From NCBI GenBank assembly GCA_021816695.1, contig JAKAXE010000004.1:61-64060 (forward strand): 64,000 nucleotides of DNA, read 5' to 3'. Below, piece by piece: positions 53,709-62,812 of this stretch. The DNA comes from a bacterium (lineage in GTDB: Bacteria; Chloroflexota; Dormibacteria; Aeolococcales; Bog-877). The stretch's first letter is position 1. Each line of letters opens with the position of its first letter. Position numbers and translations under genes: made by a program. The notes under the pieces were generated by a model that saw only the letters and a list, made by a program, of their open reading frames with translations, ran no database searches and was not told the origin of the DNA.

Positions 53709-54635
53709 TCAGCGCCGGACCAGGTTTCGGGCGAGAAACAGGACGTTGGCGGGGCGCTCGGCCAGCCGGCGCATGAAGAAGGGGTACCAGTGGGTCCCGT
53801 AGGAGACGGCCACCAGCACCGTGTAGCCCCGGGAGACCAGCTGGCGCTGGAGGTCGGGGCGCACTCCGTACAGCATCTGGAATTCGAAGCGGTCCCGGGG
53901 GATCCCCTTGCGGAGGGCGAAGGTCACCGACTCCTCGATGATCTCCGGGTCGTGGGTGGCGAGGGCGGTGTAGCCACCGCCGGAGAGGGCCAGCTCCATC
54001 ATGCGCAGGTAGTTGCGGTCCACGTCCTGCTTGCGGGGGAAGGCCACCTGCACCGGCTCGAGGTAGGCGCCCTTGACCAGCCGCAGGTTGGGGCTGAGCG
54101 GCAGGAGCTGCTCCAGGTCCTGGTAGCTGCGGAAGAGGTAGGACTGGAGCACGCAGCCCACGTTGTCGTAGCCGAGCTCGCGCAGGTGGCGGTAGGCGTC
54201 CAGGGTGGGCTGGACGTGGGCCGAGTCCTCCATGTCGATGCGGATGAACAGACCCAGCTCCCGCGCCAGGTCCAGGAGGTGGGCCAGGTTGCGCTCCGCG
54301 AGCCCGGGGTCGATGTCCTGCCCCAGGAGGGTCAGCTTGAGCGCCGCGTTCGCCCGCAGCCCCTCAGAGGCCATCCGCCGCAGCAGGACCTCGTAGTCCC
54401 CCACCGCCCGGGCGGCGTCAGCCTCGGTGGCGACCGCCTCACCCAACTCGGTGGCGTTGCACTTGAATCCGGCCTGGTTCAGCCTGCGGATGGTGTCCAC
54501 CGCCTGGTCCAGGGTCTCCCCGGCCACGAACCGGGAGGCGCCCAGCCTCATGCCGTACCGGTTCATGAACCGTTCCGTGCCCCGATTGCCGGCGGCCAGC
54601 AGGATGGCCGACCGCGCGGCCCCGTTCAGCGGCAA
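53709..54635 (-). CDS. putB: Monofunctional proline dehydrogenase
   Basis: RFVAGE, RIDMED, LQSYLFRS, RLVKGAY, ATHD, EFQMLYGVR, FMRRLAERPAN. Confidence 0.95.
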   Translation of the reverse strand: MPLNGAARSAILLAAGNRGTERFMNRYGMRLGASRFVAGETLDQAVDTIRRLNQAGFKCNATELGEAVATEADAARAVGDYEVLLRRMASEGLRANAALKLTLLGQDIDPGLAERNLAHLLDLARELGLFIRIDMEDSAHVQPTLDAYRHLRELGYDNVGCVLQSYLFRSYQDLEQLLPLSPNLRLVKGAYLEPVQVAFPRKQDVDRNYLRMMELALSGGGYTALATHDPEIIEESVTFALRKGIPRDRFEFQMLYGVRPDLQRQLVSRGYTVLVAVSYGTHWYPFFMRRLAERPANVLFLARNLVRR

Positions 54636-54675
54636 GGTCGGTCGGTTCGCCCGACGGGGCGGCCAAAGACGCAGC

Positions 54676-55824
54676 TCATCCGCTCACCTCCATAAGGCGG
54701 GATGCCTCGAGCGGCCCGATCGGCCGCAGCGGCCGACCCTCCAATACCAGGTCGGCCATCAGCTCGCCGATCACCGGGGAGAACTTGTAGCCGTGCCCGG
54801 AGAAGCCACAGGCCACCTGGACCCGGGAGCACTCCGGGTGCGGACCCAGGGCGAAGTCACCGTCCGGGGTGTTGGTCATCAGCCCGACCCGGGCGCGCAC
54901 CACCGGCGCCGCCCGCAGCGAGGGGGCGACGTTCCCGATCCCCTCGCGGATGGCCGCCAGCTCCTCCTGATGGCACTCGCGGTCCACCGAGTCGGGGGCG
55001 GTGACCTCCCCTCCGTGATGCCGGGCGACCTTGACCGTCACACCGTCCAGGGTAGGGAAGCCGTACCAGGAATGGCCGGGATCGTGCTGGTAGTAGAAGG
55101 CCGGCAGCCGGTCCGGCGCGAACGACTCCACGACCGCCGGGCGCAGCCACACCATGACCTGCCGCTCCACCGTGAGCGGCAGCTGCCAGCCCCGCAGCAG
55201 CTTCGCCGTCCAGGCCCCAGCCGTGAGCACCAGGTGGTCGAATCGAAGCTGGCCCGAGGGGGTCTCGACCAAGACCCCGTCCGCAGTGGGCGCCCAGGAG
55301 AGCGCCGGCTCGCCGAAGCGGAGAGATGCACCGGCGCCGGCGGCCGCCCGCAGGTGGCAGAGCACCCCGGCCTCCGGCCTCAGCACCCCCGCACCCGGTT
55401 CCAGAAGAGCGGTGACGCCGCGGGGAGGATCCAGGGCGGGGAACTCCCGCCGAACCTCGGAGGCGGTGAGAAGCCGGGCCTCCAGGCCGTACTTCCGGGA
55501 GCTGGCCAGCGCCCCCCGCACGAGGCCCGAATCCGGGGCCCCCAGGATCAGCCCGCCGGTTATCTGCAGGATCGGCTCGCGGCACTCCGCCTCCAGCTCC
55601 CGCCAGAGCTCGTAGGCGCGCAGGACCAGGGGAACGTAGGCGGGGTCCGAGTAGTAGGCCTGGTGGATCACTCGGGACTCGCCGTGCGAGGAACCCAGGT
55701 CGTGACCGGGTCCGAAGGCCTCCAGGCCCACCACCCGAGCTCCCCGCCGGGCCAGATGGTAGGCGCTGGCGGCGCCCATGGCCCCCAGGCCGACCACGCC
55801 CACCAGGGGCCGCGCCCCCGTCAT
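54676..55824 (-). CDS. SolA/monomeric sarcosine oxidase-family flavoprotein
   Basis: GLGAMG, GSSHGESRVI, TAGAW, TPDGDF, GFSGHGYKF; flavinylation Cys absent. Confidence 0.88.
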   Translation of the reverse strand: MTGARPLVGVVGLGAMGAASAYHLARRGARVVGLEAFGPGHDLGSSHGESRVIHQAYYSDPAYVPLVLRAYELWRELEAECREPILQITGGLILGAPDSGLVRGALASSRKYGLEARLLTASEVRREFPALDPPRGVTALLEPGAGVLRPEAGVLCHLRAAAGAGASLRFGEPALSWAPTADGVLVETPSGQLRFDHLVLTAGAWTAKLLRGWQLPLTVERQVMVWLRPAVVESFAPDRLPAFYYQHDPGHSWYGFPTLDGVTVKVARHHGGEVTAPDSVDRECHQEELAAIREGIGNVAPSLRAAPVVRARVGLMTNTPDGDFALGPHPECSRVQVACGFSGHGYKFSPVIGELMADLVLEGRPLRPIGPLEASRLMEVSG

Positions 55825-55873
55825 GCCGCCCCGACCCCCATCATCGCCCCCCAGCAAGTGGACACCAACGAGT

Positions 55874-56860
55874 CTAAGCTCTCGGCCGCACCCCCTCCGG
55901 AGGAGCGGCCACCGGCGGGCTGGAGGACAGCTGCGGCGCACCCGAGCCCCCCCGGCTCCCACCCACCCGACGCGGACGCGGCCGTCCCAGAGCGACCCCC
56001 ACCAGCATGATCGCACCTCCCAGGAGCTGCAGCGGCAGGACCGCCTCCCCGATCAGGAGGGCCGCGGCCACCACCGCGATGAACGGCTGCAGGTAGGTGT
56101 AGGCGGAGGTGCGGGCTGGTCCCAGCCGCTCCAGGCCGACGAGGAACAGCCAGGTGGTGGCCACCACGGCCACCAGCGAGCTGTAGGCCAAAAGGCCCAC
56201 CCACCCGAGGTTGATCCGGGGCGGGCTGGCCACCGCCTCCACGGCGCCGAAGGGCAGGAGCATGAGCGCCCCCAGGACGGTCACCAGGGCGGAGAGGGTG
56301 AGGGGACGGTGCTGCCGCAGAAGTCTGGGCAGCACGAGCAGGTAGGCGGCCCAGCTGGTGGGCATGATCAGAGCCACCACAATTCCCAGCGCGCTGGCCC
56401 GGGCCCCGCCCCCCGTGTCCACCACCAGCGCCAGCCCCGCCAGCCCCAGCCCCAGCCCCACCCAGACCCTCCTGCCGAAGTGCTGCTTGCTGACGGCCGC
56501 CAGCCAGCCGGCCACCATGAGGGGAGTCGCCGCCTGCACCAGGGCCACGAAGTCGGCGCTGTTGAGGGCCAGCGCCCCGGTGAAGCTGGCCTGGTTGATG
56601 GCGGTGCCCAGGGCGGCCGCCGTGAGGACCAAGGCCAGGTCCCGGCCCCGGGGGAGACGGACCGGGCCCTCCAGCCGCCAGGCCAGGAGCCAGAGCCCGG
56701 CGCCGCCCAGCAGGAAGCGCACCGCCGCGTAGAAGAGGGGACCGCTGTCGGTGAGGGCCACCTTGACCACCACCACGTTCACGCTCCAGGCTGCGGTGAC
56801 CAGGAGGATCACCAGGTCCGCACGCGTCAGCGACCGGCCCGCCAGCCCCACCTTCCTCAC
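55874..56860 (-). CDS. EamA/DMT-family transporter
   Basis: About 10 TM helices in two EamA repeats; YTYLQPFIAV..LIGE. Confidence 0.9.
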   Translation of the reverse strand: MRKVGLAGRSLTRADLVILLVTAAWSVNVVVVKVALTDSGPLFYAAVRFLLGGAGLWLLAWRLEGPVRLPRGRDLALVLTAAALGTAINQASFTGALALNSADFVALVQAATPLMVAGWLAAVSKQHFGRRVWVGLGLGLAGLALVVDTGGGARASALGIVVALIMPTSWAAYLLVLPRLLRQHRPLTLSALVTVLGALMLLPFGAVEAVASPPRINLGWVGLLAYSSLVAVVATTWLFLVGLERLGPARTSAYTYLQPFIAVVAAALLIGEAVLPLQLLGGAIMLVGVALGRPRPRRVGGSRGGSGAPQLSSSPPVAAPPEGVRPRA

Positions 56861-56996
56861 TTTTCAGAGGATAGGCCGCCTCCCTCACTAGGCCTCCCCC
56901 TCCCGGTCCGGTCAGGCGGAGGGCGGGAGAACCGTAGTCAGGTATACAATATGGGCGCGGCGGGATGGCAGCTCCGTCCGGTATTCGAGGTGGAAC

Positions 56997-58319
56997 ATGG
57001 CACGGAACGCGGACGGAGTGAAGCAGGGGGACCCCGGCACCTCCCAAGGTGGCGCGCCGCTCCCCTCGGACGAGGACCGGAGAGGAGGGTCAGGAAGCGC
57101 CTGGAGGGTGCTGGGAACCACCTCCCTCGCCCACTTCGTCAATGACGGGACGGTGTTCTTCGTCCCGGTGATGGCCGACCTGTTGGCCAGCCGCGGCCAC
57201 GTCTCTGCGCCGGTCATCACGGTGATGCTCACCGGGTTCTACCTCAGCTCCAGCGCCGCCGGGATCCTGATCGGGCGGCTGGCTGACTCCGGCGGCAGCC
57301 GGGGGGCCAAGATGGCGATGGGGATCCTGGGCCTGGCCGCCGGGCTGCTGCTGTTCGCGGCGGCGGTGGCCGCTCCGGATGTGACAGAGAGGACGGTGCT
57401 GGCGCTCCTGGCGGCGCTGGTGGCCGGAGTCGGCAGCTCCGTCTACCACCCGCTGGGAGCCAGCCTGATCATCGCCGCCTTCCCACCCCGCGGCCGGGCC
57501 CGGGCGCTGGGGGCCAACGGCGCCATGGGAAGCTTGGGGCGGGCGCTGTATCCCACACTCTTCTTCGCGGTGACCGGGCTCATCGCCTCCCAGACCGGTG
57601 CGGTCGTGGTCTTCGCCGTGGTGGCCGCGGGGGCGGCGGTCCTGCTCTGGACCACCCGGGTGGACTCCCGGCCCGTCGCCGGGGCCGGGGCCCACTCCCC
57701 GGTCGCGACCGGCGGCGCCCCCCAGAGGGCCTGGCTGGACCGCAACATCGCCATCCTCACCGTGGTCTCGCTGCTGCGGTCTTTGGCCTTCACCGGGATG
57801 GTGGCCTGGCTCCCCACCTACTTCACCCGGGAGCGGGGGCTCGGGCTCTCCGGGGAGCTGGGCCTGATGGTGACCCTGCTGTACGCCGGTGGGATCGTGG
57901 GCCAGCCGGTGTTCGGGCTGCTGGCCGACCGGGTGGACAAGCGGCTCATGCTGGCCCTAGCCACGCTGGGCGCGGCAGGCACCACCTTCGGATACCTCAA
58001 CGTGGGCGGTGCCGGAGGGCTGGCCCTCCTGGGCCTGTTCGGGGTCTTCAACTTCAGCGGCTTCCCCCTCCTCATGTCGCTGGTCGCCGACTACGCCCCT
58101 AAGGGCAGCTCCTCGACCGCCAACGCCTTCGTCTGGGGGCTGGGATCCACCGGGGGGCAGGCGCTGGGGCCACTGGTTATCGGGCTGCTGGCGCTCAGCT
58201 CCTACCGGCACCTGGCGGTCTCCTTCGAGTCGCTGGCGCTGGTGGCGGTGGCCGGCCTGGTCGGCCTGCTGCTCCTCCCCCGCGCCGGGAGGCGATCCAA
58301 GGCCCAGCTGTTCGGCTGA
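56997..58319 (+). CDS. MFS transporter (Fsr-like)
   Basis: LAHFVNDG, GRLADSGG, SSVYHPLG, GLLADRVDKR; start uncertain. Confidence 0.85.
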   Translation: MARNADGVKQGDPGTSQGGAPLPSDEDRRGGSGSAWRVLGTTSLAHFVNDGTVFFVPVMADLLASRGHVSAPVITVMLTGFYLSSSAAGILIGRLADSGGSRGAKMAMGILGLAAGLLLFAAAVAAPDVTERTVLALLAALVAGVGSSVYHPLGASLIIAAFPPRGRARALGANGAMGSLGRALYPTLFFAVTGLIASQTGAVVVFAVVAAGAAVLLWTTRVDSRPVAGAGAHSPVATGGAPQRAWLDRNIAILTVVSLLRSLAFTGMVAWLPTYFTRERGLGLSGELGLMVTLLYAGGIVGQPVFGLLADRVDKRLMLALATLGAAGTTFGYLNVGGAGGLALLGLFGVFNFSGFPLLMSLVADYAPKGSSSTANAFVWGLGSTGGQALGPLVIGLLALSSYRHLAVSFESLALVAVAGLVGLLLLPRAGRRSKAQLFG

Positions 58320-58328
58320 GCGGCACCG

Positions 58329-58466
58329 TCAATGGTGGCGGCGCACCATTCCCAGCATCTTGAGATTGATGCGCAGGAACCTCCAGGCCTGCCAGGGGAG
58401 GAAGGTGCGCAGGAAGACGGTCCACCGGGTGGGCAAGGTGACGGAGGCGGCCTCTTCGTCAGGCAC
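58329..58466 (-). CDS. Small 45-aa amphipathic protein downstream of SQR (below the ORF-track cutoff)
   Basis: GTG 58466 to TGA 58329 reads MPDEEAASVTLPTRWTVFLRTFLPWQAWRFLRINLKMLGMVRRHH; AGGGGG SD; GC3-rich codons. Confidence 0.7.
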   Translation of the reverse strand: MPDEEAASVTLPTRWTVFLRTFLPWQAWRFLRINLKMLGMVRRHH

Positions 58467-58493
58467 AGCTGGCCCCCTGTTGGGCACCCTGAC

Positions 58494-59945
58494 CTACTCC
58501 GGGATCAGGGGCCAGCCGGGGCGGAGCTTGGCCTTGTAGATGAACATGTGGTGCAGCAGGATCTTGATCCAGTGCCCGGCCAGGCCGATTTCGCCGAACG
58601 TCCGCTTCATGTCGCGTCCGTATCCCGGGTAGCGCTCGTAGTCGGGCACGACCGGGTACACGGTCATCGAGGCGGCCGTGCCGGAGAAGGGGTTGGCCCC
58701 GGCCGAGGCGACGCAGGCGGCCCCCATCTCGGCCATCGAGGCGGTCGCGGTGGGGCGGGGCGCACCCCTCAGCATGTCGACGACGCTCCGGGCCACCGCC
58801 CTGCCGATCTGGGCCGAAGGCATTCCCGTGCGTGGGGCGGCCGGGGTGATGACCGTGCCCCGGGGGCTGGTGTGGGGGCGGGAGATGGGATGAGGCGGTG
58901 CGAAGGCGATCCCCGCCGCGAAGAGGTTGGGATAGGCGGGTGACTGGTAGGTGCGGGGCCAGTCCCGCGCCGACCACTCCTCGAAGGGCCGCGGGGTGTA
59001 GTCCCCGTCCACCCGCATGAACCCGTTGGGCTGGAACAGCCGGTCGGTGATCTCCGTGCCCTGGCGGTCGAACGCCCGGAGCCCCACACCCGAGAAGGGG
59101 GGGAGAAGCATGGCGAAGTCGAACCCCAGCTCTGCCTCGCCCCCGTCGAGGGTCTCGTAGGACAGCCGATCGGGCTCCACCTTGCGCACGTGGGCCCGGG
59201 TTATCCAGCTGATGCCCCGCTCGGCGAAGAGGGAGGCCGTGAAGATGCTGGCGGGTATGAGGTACCCGGAGCGGCGCATCTGCATCCCGGCCATCCCGAA
59301 GTCCCCCAACTCGTACTCGTTGGTGATCCAGACGATCTCGGCGAGCTCCCGCACCTTGCGGGCCCTCAGTTCGAACTCCAGGTTGACGATGTACTCGAAG
59401 GCCGCTCCCTCGCAGGTGCATCCTCCATGTCCCACCCCGACCACGAAACGCTGGCGCTGGCCCCGCCGCATCCGCTCGACCGCTCGGTCCAGCGCCCGAG
59501 CCGCCAGCTGGGCATGCTCCGGGGTGCAGACCGACATGCTGTTGGCCTCCGGCCCCAGACCCTCGGTCATGTCGAAGCGCAGCCGGGGTCCCGTGGCGTT
59601 GATGAGGAAGTCGTAAGGCAGCCGAAGGAAATCGCCATCCCCGCCCGCCACCCTCTCCACGGCGACGAAGGGCCGGGAATCGCCCGCGTCACCCTCCGGA
59701 TGAATTTGGCGGGCGAAGCCGTGGACGAACTCGATTCCGTGCCGCTCGTAGACCGGGGCCAGCGGGAAGGTCACCTGGTGTGGCTGCATCAGGCCCACCC
59801 CGACCCAGATGTTGGACGGCACCCAGTTGTAGCGGTCGACCGGGGAGACAACGGTGACGGTTTCAGTCCGAGGAAGCCACCTCCGCGCGAAGGAAGCGGC
59901 CGTGTGCCCGGCGATACCCGACCCGAGCACCACCACCCGGCTCAC
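58494..59945 (-). CDS. sqr: Sulfide:quinone oxidoreductase-family flavoprotein
   Basis: GSGIAG; SVCTPEHA, CTCEGAAFEY, PRTGM and AACVAS align with SQR FAD-linking and catalytic Cys motifs. Confidence 0.8.
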   Translation of the reverse strand: MSRVVVLGSGIAGHTAASFARRWLPRTETVTVVSPVDRYNWVPSNIWVGVGLMQPHQVTFPLAPVYERHGIEFVHGFARQIHPEGDAGDSRPFVAVERVAGGDGDFLRLPYDFLINATGPRLRFDMTEGLGPEANSMSVCTPEHAQLAARALDRAVERMRRGQRQRFVVGVGHGGCTCEGAAFEYIVNLEFELRARKVRELAEIVWITNEYELGDFGMAGMQMRRSGYLIPASIFTASLFAERGISWITRAHVRKVEPDRLSYETLDGGEAELGFDFAMLLPPFSGVGLRAFDRQGTEITDRLFQPNGFMRVDGDYTPRPFEEWSARDWPRTYQSPAYPNLFAAGIAFAPPHPISRPHTSPRGTVITPAAPRTGMPSAQIGRAVARSVVDMLRGAPRPTATASMAEMGAACVASAGANPFSGTAASMTVYPVVPDYERYPGYGRDMKRTFGEIGLAGHWIKILLHHMFIYKAKLRPGWPLIPE

Positions 59946-60058
59946 CGGCGTCCCCTCCGGAAATGGAGGAAGGAACGCCTCCTTGCATCCATGTGAGCCA
60001 TCTTGGCATTCCCGGCGAACTCTGTGTTGCCGGCCGCAAACTGCTCCCCAGGAGGATC

Positions 60059-60400
60059 TCAGACCTGGGGGCCGTCCCCCCGCTGAACCTGGCGCAGGAT
60101 GCTCTCGATCACCTCCTGCCCGGGGTGGCGGCGGCTCCCCACCCGGCGACTGGGGTTGCGGCGCCGCTCCTGGCGGGGGCTGAGCATGTGCGCCTCCTGC
60201 TTGCGCCAGACCCGCTCGATCAGGATGCGCACCTCGGCGCCGTCCTCGTAGGGGATCTGGTGCGCCTCCAAAGAGCGCCGGACCCGGTCCGGGAGCTGAG
60301 TGGCCTCGGAGAGGTTGAGCTGCTCCAGTGCCTCGAGGACATCGTCCAGGCGGCGCAGCAGAGCGCGCCTCTCGGTGGTCTCCTCGGGGGCGGTCATCAC
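60059..60400 (-). CDS. Hypothetical protein (~113 aa), helical with Arg-rich tail
   Basis: LLRRLDDVLEALEQLNL; plausible codon use; GATAAT hexamer 6 nt before GTG 60400. Confidence 0.55.
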   Translation of the reverse strand: MMTAPEETTERRALLRRLDDVLEALEQLNLSEATQLPDRVRRSLEAHQIPYEDGAEVRILIERVWRKQEAHMLSPRQERRRNPSRRVGSRRHPGQEVIESILRQVQRGDGPQV

Positions 60401-60438
60401 GGCCCGATTATCCGCGTTCCGGAGAGCGGGCCGCCAGT

Positions 60439-62721
60439 TCAGGCGGCCTTCGCCGGAGGCACCGGCGCGGAGCTCTCGTACAGGCCCAGCCGGGCCACCA
60501 GCCGCTGGGCCGGAGCCGGCGCCCACCAGTTGGCCCGGCCGAGCAGGCGCATCAAGGCCGGGACCATGACCCCCCGCACCAGGCTGGCGTCAACCGCCAC
60601 CGCGATGGCCATCCCCAGCCCCAGGATCTGGATGTCCAGGACGTGCCCCAGGGCGAAGGCGCCGAACACCGCGATCATGATCAGCGCTGCCGAGGTGATG
60701 ACCCCTCCGGTCGAGGCCATGCCCTCCTGAACCGCCCGGCGGTTGTCCCCGGTGGCCAGATAGCGCTCCCTGATGCGGGTGAGCAGGAAGACCTCGTAGT
60801 CCATGGAGAGGCCGAAGATGAAGGCGAACATCAACACCGGGTCGGTGGCGGTGATCGAGCCGGGCGAGCTGAAGTTCAGCAGGTGGGAGAGATGTCCCTC
60901 CTGGAAGATCCAGACCATGGCGCCGAAGGCGGCACTGATGGAGATGAGGCTCATCAGCACCGCCTTGATGGGCAGCACCACCGAGCCAAAGGTGAGGAAC
61001 AGGACCGCCATGGTGGCCAGCACCACCATGGCCACCGCCCAGGGGATGGTGTCGGCGAAGGCCTGGAGGAAGTCCACCGAGACGGCCGCCCCGCCTCCGT
61101 ACAGTACCGAGGCGCCGGGTGGCGGGGCCAGCCGCCGAAGCTGGGACACCAACCTCGCCCCCGAACTGGAGTCGGGACCGTATGCGGTGGAGACCTCGAA
61201 TTGGGCCACAGGTCCGGCCAGATAGCCCGCGATGTACTTCTCGACCGCCGCCGGGCGCTGTGCCGGGGGCCCGCTGAGCAACCCCAGATAGACCTTCGCG
61301 GGAATCCCCGGGGGTGGGGAGAGCACCCCGACCAAGCCCTGCACCCCATGGAGCCGCTCCGCCCGTGCCAGGTAGGCGCTGAGGGTGGACTGCTGGGCCG
61401 GGGTCAGCCTCCCCGAGAGCTGGTGGCCGTAGTTCACCACCATGTTGAGGTCGTTCACCCCACCGGCCTGGGGGAAATTGTTCACCAACTGGGCGTAGCC
61501 GGTGCGCGCCGGGCCAGCCGGGATCTCCTGGACGCTGGCCCCAGTGGAGAGCCGGAGGCTGAGGAAGGGCGTGCCCACGGCCAGCAGGAGCACGGCCACC
61601 GGGAGGGCGATGGCCACCGGATGGCGCATCACCCGCTCGCCGGCCCATCCCCAGAAGCTGGAATGGTGGTGGGTGAGCTCAGTTGCACCGCGCAGCCCGC
61701 GCCTCAGGGTGAGCCAGTTGAGCCGGTTGCCGAGCAGGGAGAGGATGGCCGGCAGGACGGTGAGGGCGTAGAGCAGGGTGCAGGCGACCACCACCACACC
61801 TCCGATCCCCATGCTCCCCAGGGCGGTCGCCGGGAAGAGGGTCAGGGAGAGGAGACCCAGGGCCACGGCGGTGCCGGAGATGGCCACCGCCTTGCCGGCG
61901 CTGGCGGTGGCCGCCACCACCGCCACCTCGGGCGGGCTCTGGGTCAGCTCCTCGCGGAAGCGCTTGACAAAGAAGAGCGAGTAGTCGATGGCCAGCCCCA
62001 GCCCCACGATGGTGGCCACATTGGTGACGAAGATGGACATGGAGAAGTGGGCGGCGATGAGGCGTATCACCGAGAGGGCGGTGGGGACGGCCAGCCCGGC
62101 GATCAGGAGGGGGAGGAGGGCCGCGGTGACCGAGCCGAAGACCAAGAGCAGGAGGAGCAGGGAGATGGGGAGGGCGATCAGCTCGGCGGTCTTGAGCTGA
62201 GCCTCCAAGGCGGTGTTGTAGAGGGCGTCGATAGGGGCCGGGCCTGTCACCCACATGGTGAGCCCCCTAGGGCGGCTCAGGTAGGACTCCAGCTGGGGCA
62301 GCTGGTTGGTGGCCGCCACCTCGCTCATCTTCAGGTTGACCACCGCGAAGGTCTCATACCCCCGGTCCCCGATGAAGATCGGGAGCTTGGTGGTGGCGTA
62401 GGTCTGGACCGAGGCCACCTGCGGGCGGCGGGCCAGACGGGCGAAGCTGGAGGCCACCTCGGCCTGGACCTGCGGGCTGGTCACGTCCTGGTGGGAGCTG
62501 CGGTACACCAGGAGCAGCTGGGTGGTGGCGGCGCCGAAGTGCCGGGTGAGGAGCTGGCTGGCGCGCTGGCTCTGCGAGCCCGGGACCGAGAAGCCCCCCG
62601 CCTGGAGGGAGCCCCCGAGCGGCCCGGAGAGGACCAGGAGCAGGACCATCAGGGCCAGCCCCCCCACCGGAATGGAGCGCCGGTGGCGGTGGGCGAAGGC
62701 GCCGAGGCGGGCGAAGGGCAT
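60439..62721 (-). CDS. MMPL-family RND transporter
   Basis: GLGLAIDYSLFFVKRFREEL, FGLSMDYEVFLLTRIRE, DASLVRGVMVPALM. Confidence 0.95.
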   Translation of the reverse strand: MPFARLGAFAHRHRRSIPVGGLALMVLLLVLSGPLGGSLQAGGFSVPGSQSQRASQLLTRHFGAATTQLLLVYRSSHQDVTSPQVQAEVASSFARLARRPQVASVQTYATTKLPIFIGDRGYETFAVVNLKMSEVAATNQLPQLESYLSRPRGLTMWVTGPAPIDALYNTALEAQLKTAELIALPISLLLLLLVFGSVTAALLPLLIAGLAVPTALSVIRLIAAHFSMSIFVTNVATIVGLGLAIDYSLFFVKRFREELTQSPPEVAVVAATASAGKAVAISGTAVALGLLSLTLFPATALGSMGIGGVVVVACTLLYALTVLPAILSLLGNRLNWLTLRRGLRGATELTHHHSSFWGWAGERVMRHPVAIALPVAVLLLAVGTPFLSLRLSTGASVQEIPAGPARTGYAQLVNNFPQAGGVNDLNMVVNYGHQLSGRLTPAQQSTLSAYLARAERLHGVQGLVGVLSPPPGIPAKVYLGLLSGPPAQRPAAVEKYIAGYLAGPVAQFEVSTAYGPDSSSGARLVSQLRRLAPPPGASVLYGGGAAVSVDFLQAFADTIPWAVAMVVLATMAVLFLTFGSVVLPIKAVLMSLISISAAFGAMVWIFQEGHLSHLLNFSSPGSITATDPVLMFAFIFGLSMDYEVFLLTRIRERYLATGDNRRAVQEGMASTGGVITSAALIMIAVFGAFALGHVLDIQILGLGMAIAVAVDASLVRGVMVPALMRLLGRANWWAPAPAQRLVARLGLYESSAPVPPAKAA

Positions 62722-62744
62722 GCGGGCGGCCTCCGGTGGAGCAT

Positions 62745-62766
62745 CCTGAATGAACGTTCATTCAGG
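62745..62766. promoter_or_regulatory. Perfect 22-bp palindrome CCTGAATGAACGTTCATTCAGG, probable TetR operator between divergent mmpL and tetR
   Basis: Fully self-complementary, read directly. Confidence 0.85.
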
Positions 62767-62812
62767 TAGGCTTACAGGTTAGCAGGAGAGCCCAGGGAGC
62801 GGAGGAGGTGGC

